In this document: piece by piece, positions 41,801 through 55,139 of the stretch
How the letters are laid out: each line of letters starts with the position of its first letter
Numbering within the stretch: the first letter of the stretch is position 1
Assembly: GCA_951406725.2 (NCBI GenBank)
Contig: OX597824.1
Coordinates: forward strand, 46,624,001-46,688,000
DNA: 64,000 nucleotides
Source of the DNA: Octopus vulgaris
Lineage: Eukaryota
Reading direction: 5' to 3'
The notes under the pieces: generated by a model
Database searches by the model: none
Seen by the model: the letters and a program-made list of their open reading frames with translations, nothing else
Told to the model about the DNA's origin: nothing
Translations under genes and position numbers: made by a program

Positions 41801-42200
41801 GGTAATGGGTCAAAAATTTCCTAGCAGGTGCCCCTTGTCGGTGTCCTTTCTCGCCAGTGTTACTACACACCAGCTAACAGCACTAGGAATTCTCCAGTGA
41901 CAGGAGACATCTGTCAAGAGGCTGCAAAACAAATCTGGCATGAAAACATAGAATTCGTAAGGCAGACCAACCAAACCGGGCGATTTGTGACTTGTGCAAT
42001 CGCTCATCGCCTCCCCTATTTCAGAGGTTTTTCGCAGAACCTCGCGTCCGTCACCGACAGCCGTTGTAGGCCGTCTAGGTACGAAGTAAAGTTCGCTACC
42101 ATCGTCAACCCATCACCTTCCCCAAACAGCCGCGCAAAGTGCTGCTTGAAAGCCGCACACGTCTACATCTGCTCGGAACTGAGTGGCACACATCCGTCCT
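38825..42200 (-). mobile_element. L1/Tx1-like LINE, second subfamily, pseudogenised; 3' UTR interrupted by a MITE
   Basis: KSPGLVGLPYEFY, QSKAFDRVDHRYL, AHADNVTV, CPRCSQSDETVLQALVQC. Confidence 0.92.
38954..39799. mobile_element. Foldback MITE with ~400-bp arms, Merlin-like
   Basis: Termini GGATCTTTTCC...GGAAAAGATCC; 8-bp TSD gggaagtg/gggaagta; short spacer near 39350-39390. Confidence 0.88.
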
Positions 42201-42727
42201 AATCCGTGGTGGTGGTGGTGGTTGCTATCACTGCTGCTGCTGCTGTTACAGTTGCTGCTGTTGTTCTCGTTGTCGACACCAAAAGTTTTGACGTTGCTTA
42301 GTGATGAAGCATTTTTCGCCTCGGTGACGTCATTAAGTTTAGGCAATTCGATATTTATATACTCAATTCTTTCCTTATTTTCTGTATTTCTCGACAAGGA
42401 GCGCGTTTCTTTGTCGAACATTATGATGGCTTCATTATCAGCCATCTTTAAATGATTACAGAAATTAGCAAAATATTTGTTTTTACCGAAAGCAGTTAAA
42501 ATTCAAAAATTATTGAAGCGTACCTCCTGCAAAACAGTGGCTGTTTCTACACAAAAGTACTATCTGCGCAGTCCAGACTATCTGAGAAATGTACTGGTAA
42601 CAATAAAAATGAAAAGCCGGGGCCTTAGAAGGCCGAGAAGATTACAAACACTATTTCATCTTACGGAGCACCAAATTTCTGTGACTTCATAGTATGGGGG
42701 CAATAATACTACTACTACTACTACTAC

Positions 42728-42769
<42 letters not shown>

Positions 42770-42781
42770 TAATAATAATAA

Positions 42782-42995
42782 TGGTTTCAAATTTTGACCC
42801 AAAGCCAGCAATTTCGGGGAGGGGATAAGTCGATTACATCGACCCTGTACTCAACTGGTACTTATTTTATCGACCCCAAAAGGATAAAAGACAAAGTCGA
42901 CCTCAGCGGAATTTGAACCCTGAACGTAAAGACGAATGAAATGCCGCCAAGAATTTTTCCCGACGTGCTAACGATTTTGCTAGCTCGCCGCCTTC
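42782..42995 (-). mobile_element. Full-length SINE (Meta-domain-like family)
   Basis: Reverse of family consensus, with its tail tract at 42705-42782. Confidence 0.9.
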
Positions 42996-43024
42996 ATAAT
43001 AATAATGATGATCATCATCATGAT

Positions 43025-45918
43025 AAGCTAGAGCAATAACAAAAAAACCATTGGCTCACTGAAGTAGAGCTCGAAGCTATCAAAAGACGGGTATTGGAAA
43101 ATAGCAGCAGAGGAAACGATGAAAATAGAGTTCCTACTGATCAAAGCAATCTAATAGCAGAAAACAGAGCTGAAATCTCTAATAAACCACAGTAAAGGAA
43201 CAGTGATAGCTCGCTCGATGATAGACATATAGATTGTTTGGTAGTAGACAATAAAACTAATGGTGGAAGAGAAGAATACAGGCGAGGTTAGATATGCGCT
43301 CGAAAGATATTTGTGATAGACCGAAAAGAGAAGAGGAAGCTTAAAAGTTAACAAAGATACAGGGCACTGAACAGGAAGTAGGATATTAAAAGAAAGGGCC
43401 TGAAAGTTGTAATGGAGGAACAGAAACAGCGCCTCGTTACAAAGAAAGTAAAGATGGTAAGATACGACCAAAGAATGAAGGGATACCAGCAGAGTAGATC
43501 AGAAGGGATTCTACAAAGAAATAAATGGAGAGTGTACATATGAAAAGTTGATACCAGATAACATTGAAAGTCAAAGGTTTTGGAGTGATATCTGGAGCAA
43601 AGACAAGGAGCACAAGAAGGATGCTGAATAGTTGTAAGAACTGAAACAAACAGTAGTCTATCCCAAACGGGTAGAACTATTCACTTCAGTTAGAGAAGTG
43701 AAGAAAATCAACAAACAAATGGGCGACTGGAAGGCCCCAGGACGAGATGGAGTTCAAGGCTACTGGATCAAAAGATTTGGTGAATGTCATGCATGAATAG
43801 CTGCACAACTCAACACCTTGTTAAATAACAGCCTAATAATACCAGAATAGTTGACAATGCGTAGAACAGTGCTGTGCTTGAAAAACATCGAAAAAGGCAA
43901 TAGGGTAGACAATTACAGGCTGATATCCTGCTTGCCACTTATGTGTAAATTATTGACTGGAATTGTCGCAGAGTCAATGTACGGACATCTGGGGAAAATG
44001 GAGTCCGTAAGTGCAGAGGTACCAAGGATCAACTCCTGGTAGACAAAACTGTACTTAGAGACTGCAAGAGGAAGAAAACTAACTTAGCCATGTCATGGAT
44101 CGATTATCGTAAGGCGTACGATATGATCCCACATTCTTGAATTATGGAATGTATGAACCAATTTGGTATTGCATCGAATGTTGAGCGATTGCTTGGAAAA
44201 AGTATGGCGAAGTGGAGGACGGAACTGACAGCATATAGAAGAAGTTTAGGGACAATAGAAATCAGGAGAGGCATCTTCCAAGGGGAGTGCCTGTCCCCAC
44301 TGATCTTTGTACTGTGCCTGATACCACTAACACTGATTCTGAGGAAAGCAAAGGCTGGGTATATATTCAAAACCGCCAACAAAGTCAACCACTTGTTATT
44401 CATGGATGACCTCAAACTTTATGGTAAAGATGAATCCCAAATCAGTTCCCTCGTTAATACAGTGTATACTTTCAGTGTTGATATCAGAATGGAGTTCGGA
44501 CTGAAAAAGTGTGGTGTGTTAGTCTTGAAGAGAGGCAAAATCAAATGTATCGACGGGCTAGCGATACTGTCGGGGGAGAGTATGAAGCAGATAGAAGAGA
44601 CGGCTATAAGTTCTTGTGGATATTGGAAATGGATAAATTAATGGAGAAAGAAATGACAGAAAATTTTAAGGTGGAGTACTTGCGCAGACTGAAACCGATT
44701 CTTAAGTCGAAATTAAACGGACGGAATAAGATTGAAGCTATCAACACCTGGGCGGTTTCACTACTTAGATATGGAGCTGGGGTAATCGCATGAACAGTAG
44801 ACGAACTAAACAGCTTAGTCAGAAATACAAAGAAGCTGCTGACTAGATATGGGATACTCCATCCAAAAAATGCCACAGATTGTATGTACCAAGAAAAGAG
44901 AGGGAAGAGGACTGATTGGATGCGAACACAGCATTAGAGCAGAAGAAAACAACATAGCATGGTATGTAAAATAAATGCCACAGAAACACTATTATTGGAC
45001 TTAAGAAAGTCAGACTTGTGTAGGATGGAAGATTGCAACGATAAAGCACTGTACAAGGACTTCAGAATGAATGAAACTGAAAATAGGTGGATAAAGAAAA
45101 GAATGCATGGGCAATTTCATTAGGATGTTGAAGATGAGACAAACAGCGAAAAAAGATGGCTATGGGTGACTGAAAGTGATTTTCAACCGGAAACGAAGGC
45201 TCTAATCTGTGCTACCCAAGAACAAGCATTAAGAACCAATGACATTAAATACAGAATAGACAACACATCAGAAAGTGATAAGTGCAGAATTTGTGGACAA
45301 AATGGTGAAACCGTGTGGTATATTACCAGTCAATGTACACCACTAGCCCAGAAAGAATATAAGAGACGTCATGACAATATAGCAAGGCTTGTCCATTGGA
45401 CACTTTGCAACAAGCATGAACTTGACAGAGAAAAAAAAGTGGTACGAACATAAGCCCGAAGGCATCGTCGAAAATGATAATGCGAAGATCCTATGGGATT
45501 TTATGATTCAGTGCGACCATGAGATAGAGAATAGGAAACCAGACATAGTGTTAATTGAAAAAGAAAGCAAACGATGCTGGATCGTAGATATAGCATGCCC
45601 AGCTGACAACAAGGTATGCGATAAGGAAGAAAGAAAGTCGATAGATGTGACAGGTTAACTTGGAAGGTTAAGCAGTTGTGGTCGTTGAAAAAGGTGGTAG
45701 TAGTACCGCTATAATTGTCGGAGCCCTGGGAACAGTGTGTAAAAGTCTTGAGAAGTACATGGAACAAATAAGGGCTGCAATAAGGATGGAGCACTTGCAG
45801 AAAACAGCACTGCCTAGAACCTCTCGAATATTCCGTATGGTACTCGAAAGATAAGGGGTGTTACCTTAGTTCACTGATCGTAAACAGCCAGCACCGTAAT
45901 ACATCTTCAGCATGAGAC
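43025..45918 (+). mobile_element. R4/Dong-like non-LTR retrotransposon (RT + CCHC + RLE), 5'-truncated, pseudogenised
   Basis: [69 protein letters not shown]...DIACP; ends in (AAT)n at 45919-45993. Confidence 0.95.
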
Positions 45919-45993
<75 letters not shown>

Positions 45994-46125
45994 CCTTTCT
46001 ACTAAAGGCACAAGGCCTGGTATTTGGGGGAAGGGGATCCCAGCGCGTAACTGGTGCTTAGTTTATCGACCCCGAAAGGATGAAAGGCAAAAAACAACCT
46101 CGACAGAATTTTAATTAAGAACGTG
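45994..46125 (-). mobile_element. 5'-truncated SINE
   Basis: ctggtgcttagtttatcgaccccgaaaggatgaaaggc. Confidence 0.85.
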
Positions 46126-46289
46126 AAAAAGAAGAAGAAGAAGAAGAAGAAGAAGAAGAAGAAGAAGAAGAAGAAGAAGAAGAAGAAGAAGAAGAAGAAG
46201 AAGAAGAAGAAGAAGAAGAAGAAGAAGATTTAAAGTAATTCTTCTTCCTACTGAACACACACATGCCTGAGCACATTACGGCAGACCTC

Positions 46290-47430
46290 TTGCTTATTGG
46301 CCACAAGAAGCCTCACACATACTTGCAAAACATTTTGTAGAAACTGGTTACAAACAAACATGCTGGGAAACCATAAAAAGGGTGTGAGATACAAGCTATG
46401 GGGGAATATACTTTACAAATGACGACTACTCCTATGCACCGTATAGGAATTTCTCTAGATACTCAGTTTCAACGCATGCCTATACACATGGTATATCAGT
46501 CTGCCGCTGGTATCTATCTTTCAAGGATAGGTTTTCTCAGCTTATTTCTGGGTGAGACTAGCTACCCAAGCTCGTAATATCATCCCAGGTCCTGTCCACT
46601 TGAATGTCTGAACACACCAGAACTCAGACCGCTTAAATAGTCCACTAAATGTAACAGCCAATGACCAGCATAGATTTACTTCTCTAGGTACCGAACTGCA
46701 AGCCCACCATCTTGTCTCGGTTAATGAATGCTCCTATTATCAGCTTATATTTGGTACTGATCACCTTGATTTTTGTTGTGTCCCACACCATAGCGGTGAC
46801 GCCGTCCGCGTAAAACGACACTGCTCTTCAGCATCTCAGACTTAGCTAGATGTTCCTCAGCCTCCGTCCTCACCTTTCAAACTTTCGTAGCAGTGGCTCA
46901 ATAACTAAAGTGTACATAATAGACGAGAGGAATTTCTTTGACGGACCGAGTGTGCTACACAAAACAGTTCTATAAGGTGATTATTTGATACTACCAACGA
47001 GCAAGATGCCACTGCATAATGTAGTAATCCTAGCGCTGGTGATTTCGAACGTTTTATATCGATGCAAGTTGATGTCATATCACTAGAGTGGGGTTTTCTT
47101 TAATTAATCTGTCCAAGATCGAACAAATTTATACGGGTCTGTCCATACTACTTGCAAAAAGTGTCCACTATTTTGGTCTAAGTCTTTGACTCTGCATTCC
47201 AAAGAGTCATGAGCTGAAATTTTCTATGAAGACGTCCTTCTTCAAGTCCTTTTTCAGCGACGTTACCACTCTAATTCACACAACTGGGAAATTCTCCCAG
47301 TCTGCTACCAGTTCTGTTGAACATCTGCCAAGAGTAAAGTGGCATTTCTAGCATACCAGAATAATGTTTGTAGGGAAACCCACTCGGTCTTTGAAACAGC
47401 TCTCCTAAGCAGACGGACATAACGTCTGTC
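46290..47430 (-). mobile_element. Third, older L1/Tx1-like LINE remnant
   Basis: VSFYADGVTAMV...INRDKMVGLQFGT*RSKSM; 3' end ttattggccacaag matches 34632. Confidence 0.8.
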
Positions 47431-47759
47431 ATTTCAGAATCTGAAGATGAACTTTAGCAGCACTCCATCTTTCCCACCACGAGTTACGGAAAAGTTTCGA
47501 AATCTTGGCCGCAGCTGAAGACATTGGTGGAAAGGAAGAGCAGAAAGCTTGAGTAACGATATGGTCATTAATGTCACAATCACCACCAACAACAACAACC
47601 ACCGCCACCAGTAATACCAATGTTGTTGCTATTGTTGGTGTTGTTATTTGGGTAAGATGATGAAGGCTTGGCCGAAAAAAGAAAGTTTAGTCTACTGCAC
47701 ACTCTTTTTCCATAAGTGCCACAGAAAATCTACCAGCTTCTGAACAACTCTTATTACAG

Positions 47760-47975
47760 AGAGCGGTGAGCTGGCAGAATCGTTAGCACACCGGGCAAAA
47801 TACTTAGCGGTATTTTGCCCGTCTTTACGTTCTGAGTTCAAATTTCGCTGAGGTCTTTACCTTTCATCCTTTCGGGATCCATAAATTAAGTACCAGTCAA
47901 GTACTGGGGTCGATATGGTCAACTTACCACCTCCCTGCAAATTTCCGACCTTGCGCCTATAATAGAAATGATTAT
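47760..47975 (+). mobile_element. Full-length SINE (Meta-domain-like family)
   Basis: Family head, B box, central domain and tail. Confidence 0.9.
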
Positions 47976-48269
47976 AAGAGAGCTTATGTAGGTATATCTA
48001 TATATGTAATCAAAACACTACACCCTCTCTGACTATCTCGTACCTCATTCGACCGCTTATGCCAACTACATCCCTGAGGAAAGAAACAGAAAGTGTAAAA
48101 GAGAAAGAGAAAGAGAGGGAGGGAGAGACAGAGAGGAAGAAAAAGGAAGAGAGAGAGAGGAAGGTGTTCTCTGACAGACGAGAGTACCAGCTGGGTGTCT
48201 ACCTGCTGTATCGCAGCCTAACAATACCTCCCTACCCTGTAAAGTAATGTTCATGTACGTCGGTTGATC

Positions 48270-48700
48270 TCGACGTTTAAGAAGAGGCTTTTTACATGGT
48301 CGTTCGACCAACTGGAAATAGCAGTTGAATTTCCCTCAAATCACGCCTTACTCTCTACAAAATAAAAGGATATAATGAACAATGTAGTTCCTGATATACA
48401 AATAAGACATGATGGCCGTGACTAGAATACCTTTTATCATTGATTTCTTCGATCAGGGCTAAGCAGCGACACCAACAGCAGATTTTACTTGGAGCTAACG
48501 GAGAAATGCCTCTACACGGTCGCTCGACATGATATAAATAACAGCCAAATTTCCCTCAAAACACAACTTACAGGCTTAAAAACAAGACACTTTGAATAAC
48601 GCAGTCATTGTAATACAAAAAGATGCTGTGGTCCCGACTGGGACGTATTTGATCATAGGTCTGCTTACTCGACGCTGACTTAGGGTTAGAGAGCAACAAT
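48270..48700 (+). mobile_element. Two tandem copies of a SINE-like repeat
   Basis: taca.ggtcg.tcgac...aaata.cag....aatttccctcaaa repeated at about 48293 and 48512. Confidence 0.65.
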
Positions 48701-49098
48701 AGCTGTTGCAGCAGCCGGTAAAATAGCAGAGGCAAAGCAGTGTCGACAGCAAAAAGTAGATGTACAACAACAGCAGCATCAGTAACAAAAAAGAAAAAAC
48801 AAAAAGGAAAGAGCAGCTGATATTAAAATAATAGCATATATACAGTAGCAGCAACAACAGCAACAACTACAAGGACGATGATGATTGTAAGGACAGCAAT
48901 AATTCAATTATAGTAACTGCGTCATGCAGTGACAAGAACGAAAACGGCGGTGGTAGCGGCGACGGCGGCAGAGACGACAAAGACGATGGAGGCGACCATG
49001 ACAGTGATGAGGAAGACGACTAATACAGCAATAATTCTCACGACAGTTTCAACACTCCTTGCTACAATTTAGCAAAATTAAATACATGATTTTACATA

Positions 49099-49825
49099 CC
49101 GTAAATCCTCGAGTATAATCGCATTTTCCCCCCAAAATTTATAGGTCAAAATCCCTAGTACGTACTATATTTTCTAAGTAATGTCCGAGTCTCTATTTGC
49201 TGTCCGGCAATGTTTATTCAGACGCATTTTGTGATGTCGGGCGTGAAAATACCTTAAACTAAGCCTGAAAGCAATGAAGTCATAAAAGAATCATCCATAA
49301 CTTGCAGTAAGCAACATTTATTAAAATAAAAGTATTCAGAAATAAATGAAAGTAAATCTTCTGATGTTGATTATGAATCTGACGATGACGGAGATTTACG
49401 CTACAATGATGCTGACATGTTTACGGAGAAACAAATGTAACAGTTATTTGATGCTGAAAGTGATGTTGAATTTGAAGGATTTGAATAAATGTTTTTGCTT
49501 TTGCTTTTGTAACTGATAGTGATAAATATGTAAAGGCAATTTACTTAATATTTATTTTTCACTGACGTTATTACTGGTATTTGTTTATTTTCTGCAAACA
49601 AAATGCACAAAAAGGCTACACGTTTGCATTATGTTATATATACAATAATAATAAAGGACGTTACCGTATACATTTTTACAAACCAAGGACGTTATATAGA
49701 CCTCCTTGACTCAAGTTAGAGAAGGGGTGCGTATTATACACAAGGTTTAGGTTTTTCAGAGGTATAGCCCCTAAAAATTCCCTGCGTATTATACTCAAGG
49801 GCGGACTATACTCGAGGATTTACGG
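49099..49825 (+). mobile_element. Non-autonomous pogo/Tc2-like DNA transposon
   Basis: TIR ccgtaaatcctcgagtata at both ends, TA TSD; acidic tail remnant LFDAESDVEFEGFE*. Confidence 0.88.
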
Positions 49826-49867
49826 TATACATATATACTCACACACAAGTGAGCACATTGTTGAACG

Positions 49868-52538
49868 TGTAACGAACTTAGTGTGTGAATATATCTTCTC
49901 TTGTACTTTCGGGGTACAAGAAAGCAATCACTTTCCGTTGCTTTAATAATCCAGATTCTCTACCAGTCAGAAACAACAAGACGCAGACGTAAAAGATATA
50001 TATACTACTTTATTCTATAATGTGGTAACAGTAACAATAAGTGGTTATCTGGTACCCCCTTGGGTATAAATGTGTCAGTGCTGAACCTTATCGCTGTAAA
50101 ATAAGAAAGTGTTCAAATGCAAAACGACACTGGTCAAAGATGGCGTCCGGAACAGGGAGATGTGGTCTGCAACAATTTGGTTAAAGGCCTTTTGGTAAGG
50201 TGCTGCTAGAATCAAGTTCTGACGGAGAAAAAATATACGTGACCGTCGCCTTCAGTCGCTGCTGTCTCAAGTCGCTGCTTGCTGGACGCTGGTGGTCAAC
50301 GTCTTACGACCCCCTTGCCTCGGCTAACTGCTACGTAGGCAAAAGGGTTCTTCTTCCGGTGGTGAAAACACCAACCCCGCACGCGCGAAATACAAATGGA
50401 CGGTGCGCGAGCGCGCGCCGTTGTATAGGATCACTACAGAGCTCCACCCCAGTGCGTAAGCACGACACAAAATTCCCTGTAGTGACTATAAAACTCAAGG
50501 TGGACACCAGATAACCAAACAGCACACAATATAATAAAATGGCAAAATTTATAACATACACAAGAAATTTACTAAAGGAAAAAGAGAAAAAATACTCAAT
50601 GAGCAAAAATCAAGAGTGCATGCATGAAAGTGTATACGTCACAAAGTATAAAGCCTTCCGCTAAAGGAGCGGAGGGAAAGCAAAACTCACAGTTAATGAA
50701 CCTAGGCGAAATTAAATCCAACTTCTCTAAAGGTAGTTGATCCTGCGAAATAGCAGTTAAGTCAATTGCTGCAGGAGAGGAAATGGAATCGACAGATAGA
50801 TCGCTAGTAACACAAAAGCAAAAGTGCAAGCATGCTGGTGTGATGCGCGACACAGATAATTTTCTCTGTTAATTACGTGACCAACAGGAGTCTAACAGGG
50901 AAAAATAATTACGCCTAAACATGGCGCAGCGCATGTGAACATCCGACGTCCTATGAGTCGGGAAAAGAACTAAGCCAACGCAAACGTGTTGCAAAAACAA
51001 GGCAATACACGTGCGAAGCAAAGGCGCATGAAATGCAATAGTGCTTGCCAGACCGAAAAACAGCAATGAATATGCCAGTGGTTGAGCGATTATATGCCTC
51101 GTTCGTACAGGAACAAAAGTATGGCATGCCGGCGCGTTATAATGGACAAACAACCCTCTCTATGTATACGTGACCCCTAGGGTCTATAGAAATGAGGTGT
51201 GTCCACAAAAGGCAAATTTAGCATGGAAAAAACAAGCGAGAAAAGCATGTGTGACGTATGTATGTGAGAGATAGCATTTATGTGTGTGTACGTGTGTGCG
51301 ACAAAAATACATACAAGGTGAATGCGAGCAAAAATAAAAATACAGCGCATAGAAAAATGTCTCTCATGGCTATCCCAGACAATGGAGTTAATTTACCAGT
51401 CTCTAATAGCCTGATGCACAATAGCAGTTCGTTCTGTAACAGAATGTTGAAATCACAAATGCAGATGCCGGTTGAACACAATGTGTAGCGGTTGTAGCTT
51501 CGATGCTGTGACAGGTTAACTGGGTACAGAAGAATCTCGCAGATAGACGGTGCTGTTAATCCTTGGTGTGCATATGCACATACAGCGTGCACGCTAAAGT
51601 TCCGCGAGTTGCTATGTACATCTTGGTCGACGGTGTTGAAAGGCGACGGTGGTGGTGGCGACTGTAGTGGACTTGAGACAACATCGTTCTTAGTGATGAT
51701 GGCGACGAAGATAACGACGACGTGAAGTAGAAAGACGACGATGGCGATGACGAAGGTGGAGAAAAGGCATCGTTGATATGATGGCGTTCGTCATCATGGC
51801 TGTAGAATAAGAAAGAGCCTCCTTCTATAACGGTCCGAGAGGACGGAAACAAATCGTCGAAAGATGAATGCGTAGAGTTAATCGTGTTCCGACTTCGCAG
51901 AAAAACTGGATTTCTTTGTTGTTAAGTGATCTCTGGTTTTAGACCAGAATCACGTCGGGGTCACCACTGTAACAAACTTAGTGAGTGAATATATCTTCTC
52001 TTGTACTTTCGGGGTACAAGAAAGCAATCACTTTCCGTTGCTTTAATAATCCAGATTCTCTACCAGTCAGAAACAACAAGACGCAGACGTAAAAGATATA
52101 TATACTACTTTATTCTCTAATGTGGTAACAGTAACAATATGTGGTTATCTGGTACCCCCTTGGGTATAAATGTGTCAGTGCTGAACCTTATCGCTGTAAA
52201 ATAAGAAAGTGTTCAAATGCAAAACGACACTGGTCAAAGATGGCGTCCGGAACAGGGAGATGTGGTCTGCAACAATTTGGTTAAAGGCCTTTTGGTAAGG
52301 TGCTGCTAGAATCAAGTTCTGACGGAGAAAAAATATACGTGACCGTCGCCTTCAGTCGCTGCTGTCTCAAGTCGCTGCTTGCTGGACGCTGGTGGTCAAC
52401 GTCTTACGACCCCCTTGCCTCGGCTAACTGCTACGTAGGCAAAAGGGTTCTTCTTCCGGTGGTGAAAGCACCAACCCCGCACGCGCGAAATACAAATGGA
52501 CGGTGCGCGAGCGCGCGCCGTTGTATAGGATCACTACA
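49868..52538 (-). mobile_element. Non-autonomous Gypsy-type LTR retrotransposon
   Basis: 571-bp LTRs at 49868-50438 and 51968-52538 (TG...CA, 5 mismatches by eye); AACG TSD; PBS and PPT-like tract; pol-like remnant SVDSISSPAAIDLTAISQDQ. Confidence 0.95.
51949..51966 (-). promoter_or_regulatory. Primer-binding site complementary to the tRNA-Trp 3' end
   Basis: TGGTGACCCCGACGTGAT, 1 nt inside the 5' LTR. Confidence 0.9.
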
Positions 52539-52577
52539 AACGCTATAGGTGTGGAAGCCGCCTATATTGCATGCATC

Positions 52578-52950
52578 TTTTATTTTTTACTTGTTTCAGT
52601 CATTTGACTGCGGCCGCGCAGAGGCACAGCATCGAAGGGTCTTAGCCGAATAAATCGCCCCCAGCTTAGTATTTATGCTATCGGTCTCTTTGCCGAACCG
52701 CTAAGCTACGGGGACGTAAACACACCAAGACCGATTGTCAAGCCGTGGTGGTGAGACAAATACATACACAATGATACACATAGATATATACATTAACATA
52801 TATGTTGTCTACCAAATCCTCTCACAAAATTTTGTTCGGCTGGAGGCTACAGTAGAAGACACTTGCCCAAGGTGTCCTGCAGTGGGACTGAACCCGGAAC
52901 CATGTGATTGGTAAGCAAGCTTTTTACCACACAGCCACGCCTGCGCCTAT
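52578..52950 (-). mobile_element. CORE-like tRNA-derived SINE
   Basis: Reverse: taggcgcaggcgtggctgtgtggtaa...ggttcagtccc...caccttgggcaagtg. Confidence 0.88.
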
Positions 52951-53237
52951 GTGTATGAGGAAAGCAATTTCCGTATTTGCAATTTAGAGAAATGTATACG
53001 AATATTTTTGGTCAGGATAATTTGCATTACTAAAACGAAATTGAAAAAAGGGAAATAACTTGGATAGGCATATGATATAAATCTTAATAATTAAGTGAAA
53101 GGCTGAATTGATAAGAAACGCTGAGCCCTCGGGTGGAAGTAGGTCTACTGGGTGAAAGATGTCTTGGGGATAAACTATCACCCTATAACAATAACTACCA
53201 CCATATTACTACTGTCAGAATTAACACAACGTGCATA

Positions 53238-53270
<33 letters not shown>

Positions 53271-53440
53271 AAAACTAGATATGCAAAAGAGGAACAAATA
53301 ACCGTCACTGTTACAATAGACTAAAATACCAATCATAGCCGACAACAATAACAAAAATATCTAAAAAAGAAATATCTAAAACAATAACCATCAGTACCTA
53401 AATTAACAACTGCAGCAGCAACAATATCAATAACAACAGT

Positions 53441-53494
<54 letters not shown>

Positions 53495-53736
53495 AACAAC
53501 AACAACTGCAACAGCAATAGCAGCAACAACTAAACAAACAAACAAAAAAGATGGTTGGACGACCATAATAACCAAACATACATTCACACACACACACACG
53601 CACACACACACACGCACACACACACACACACAAACAGGCACACACACACACATACGCCCACACATGCAGACACACATACACACACATGTACATGCAGGCA
53701 TGTACACATACATACATGTATGTATTGTTTATATGC

Positions 53737-53767
<31 letters not shown>

Positions 53768-54277
53768 TGTATGTATGTATGTGTATATAAATATGTGTTT
53801 GTCTATGTACGTATATATATATATATAGGTAGGTAGGTAGGTAGGTAGGTAGGTGGGTGGGTAGGTAGGTAGGTAGGTAGGTAGGTAGGTAGGTAGGTAG
53901 GTAGGTAGGTAGGTATAGTCTTTTTTCTCCTCAGCCGGAAATTCCATTTCTGTTTTGAAACTCGGAAGAACAAATTAGTTCCTGCAGCCATTCCACAACC
54001 CATGGCTTCCCCTTTACATCTTCATGGATTCCATCCAATTATAACTCAAAGTAATAAATATTCTTTGTTTTTTTTATTGTTGCTGTTGTCATGCTTGTCT
54101 GCAAAACCTTTGTTACTTCATTCTGCGAAATTCTTTACATAATTCGTTCTTATATATGTATGGAGTCAGTCATTTTCCCAAAGATTAACTTTGATGTCGT
54201 GACGTTCATGCGTCATCAACTTATAATGAGTTGGCATGATTCTAATGGAGAACCAAAACCACACCATAAGCTCCTCT

Positions 54278-54615
54278 CTACACCTGTATTCTGCAGTGAG
54301 GTCTATCTACACTTAAACACTCCAGCAAGCTCTGTTTATACCCATACTCTCCTATCGGGTTTCCCTACATTCCTATTCTCCATCAAGGTCTACCTACATA
54401 TGTACTCTACTGGAAGGTTTGACTACATTTGTACTATATTGTAAGGTTTGTACTATACAGTAATGTCTGTTTACACCCATTCTCCTCTGCCAAATCTGCC
54501 TACTTTTATGTTCTACGATGAAGCCTGTCCTTACCTATACTCATCAGTGAAGTCTTCTTACACCTACACTCCCCATTGTGGTTTACTGATACCTGTACTC
54601 CCCCAACGAAGTACA
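54278..54615. repeat. Diverged 29-bp minisatellite, about 11 units
   Basis: Unit starts at 54278, 54307, 54336, 54365, 54394, 54423, then 54471, 54500, 54529, 54558, 54587. Confidence 0.8.
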
Positions 54616-55139
54616 TCCGAATTTATACTCACTAACTCAGGAACAGGGTCTGTAGAGGGTAGAAGTGCACCCCCTAAAATATTTAAAGTGCAATGAAAAT
54701 GCTTTGAACATCCCTCTGAAAAACTGGTTTGTACTCCTTAAGGAAATTTTGTTCCCGCACTTTATGCTCATTAGTGTTTGGCCATGCCACATACGAAAGC
54801 AACAGTTCATATATTTGTCATCATATTTGTGTTTTATTCATAGCTCCAATGTTTAATTTTAAAAATAGTTCACTCCGTCTCGCTGTAAATAACGACCATA
54901 ACACAATAGAATTACTATGTATTTCATTATTTCTCATTGCTGGGTTGAACTCGACGCTCTAACCATTGAGCCATGCACCAGAAGTAGCATGTCCATATGT
55001 TTACATTTGCTGAACCTGCAGACAACACCAAGATCGAACTTCCAGTTGTTATTGTCGTGACCCTGGTGCTTGTCCACTCGACTAGGGCTGAAGGATTAAC
55101 TCCGTCATATCAGAAGCAGAAGTTACAACAACGATACAT

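Noticed and set aside
48840-49023. Acidic/Gly-rich exon-like stretch (similar at 9350-9600, 26090-26270, 53330-53570)
   Set aside because: Degenerate trinucleotide repeats without convincing splice sites or domains.
51944-51966. tRNA-Trp gene
   Set aside because: Only the 3' end including CCA is present; it is the LTR primer-binding site.
50200-52548. Duplicated ORF MLLESSSDG...
   Set aside because: Lies inside both LTRs, antisense to the element, starts at GTG and has no recognisable domain.
54278-54615. CRISPR array
   Set aside because: Contiguous diverged units with no repeat-spacer alternation; eukaryotic context; no cas genes.
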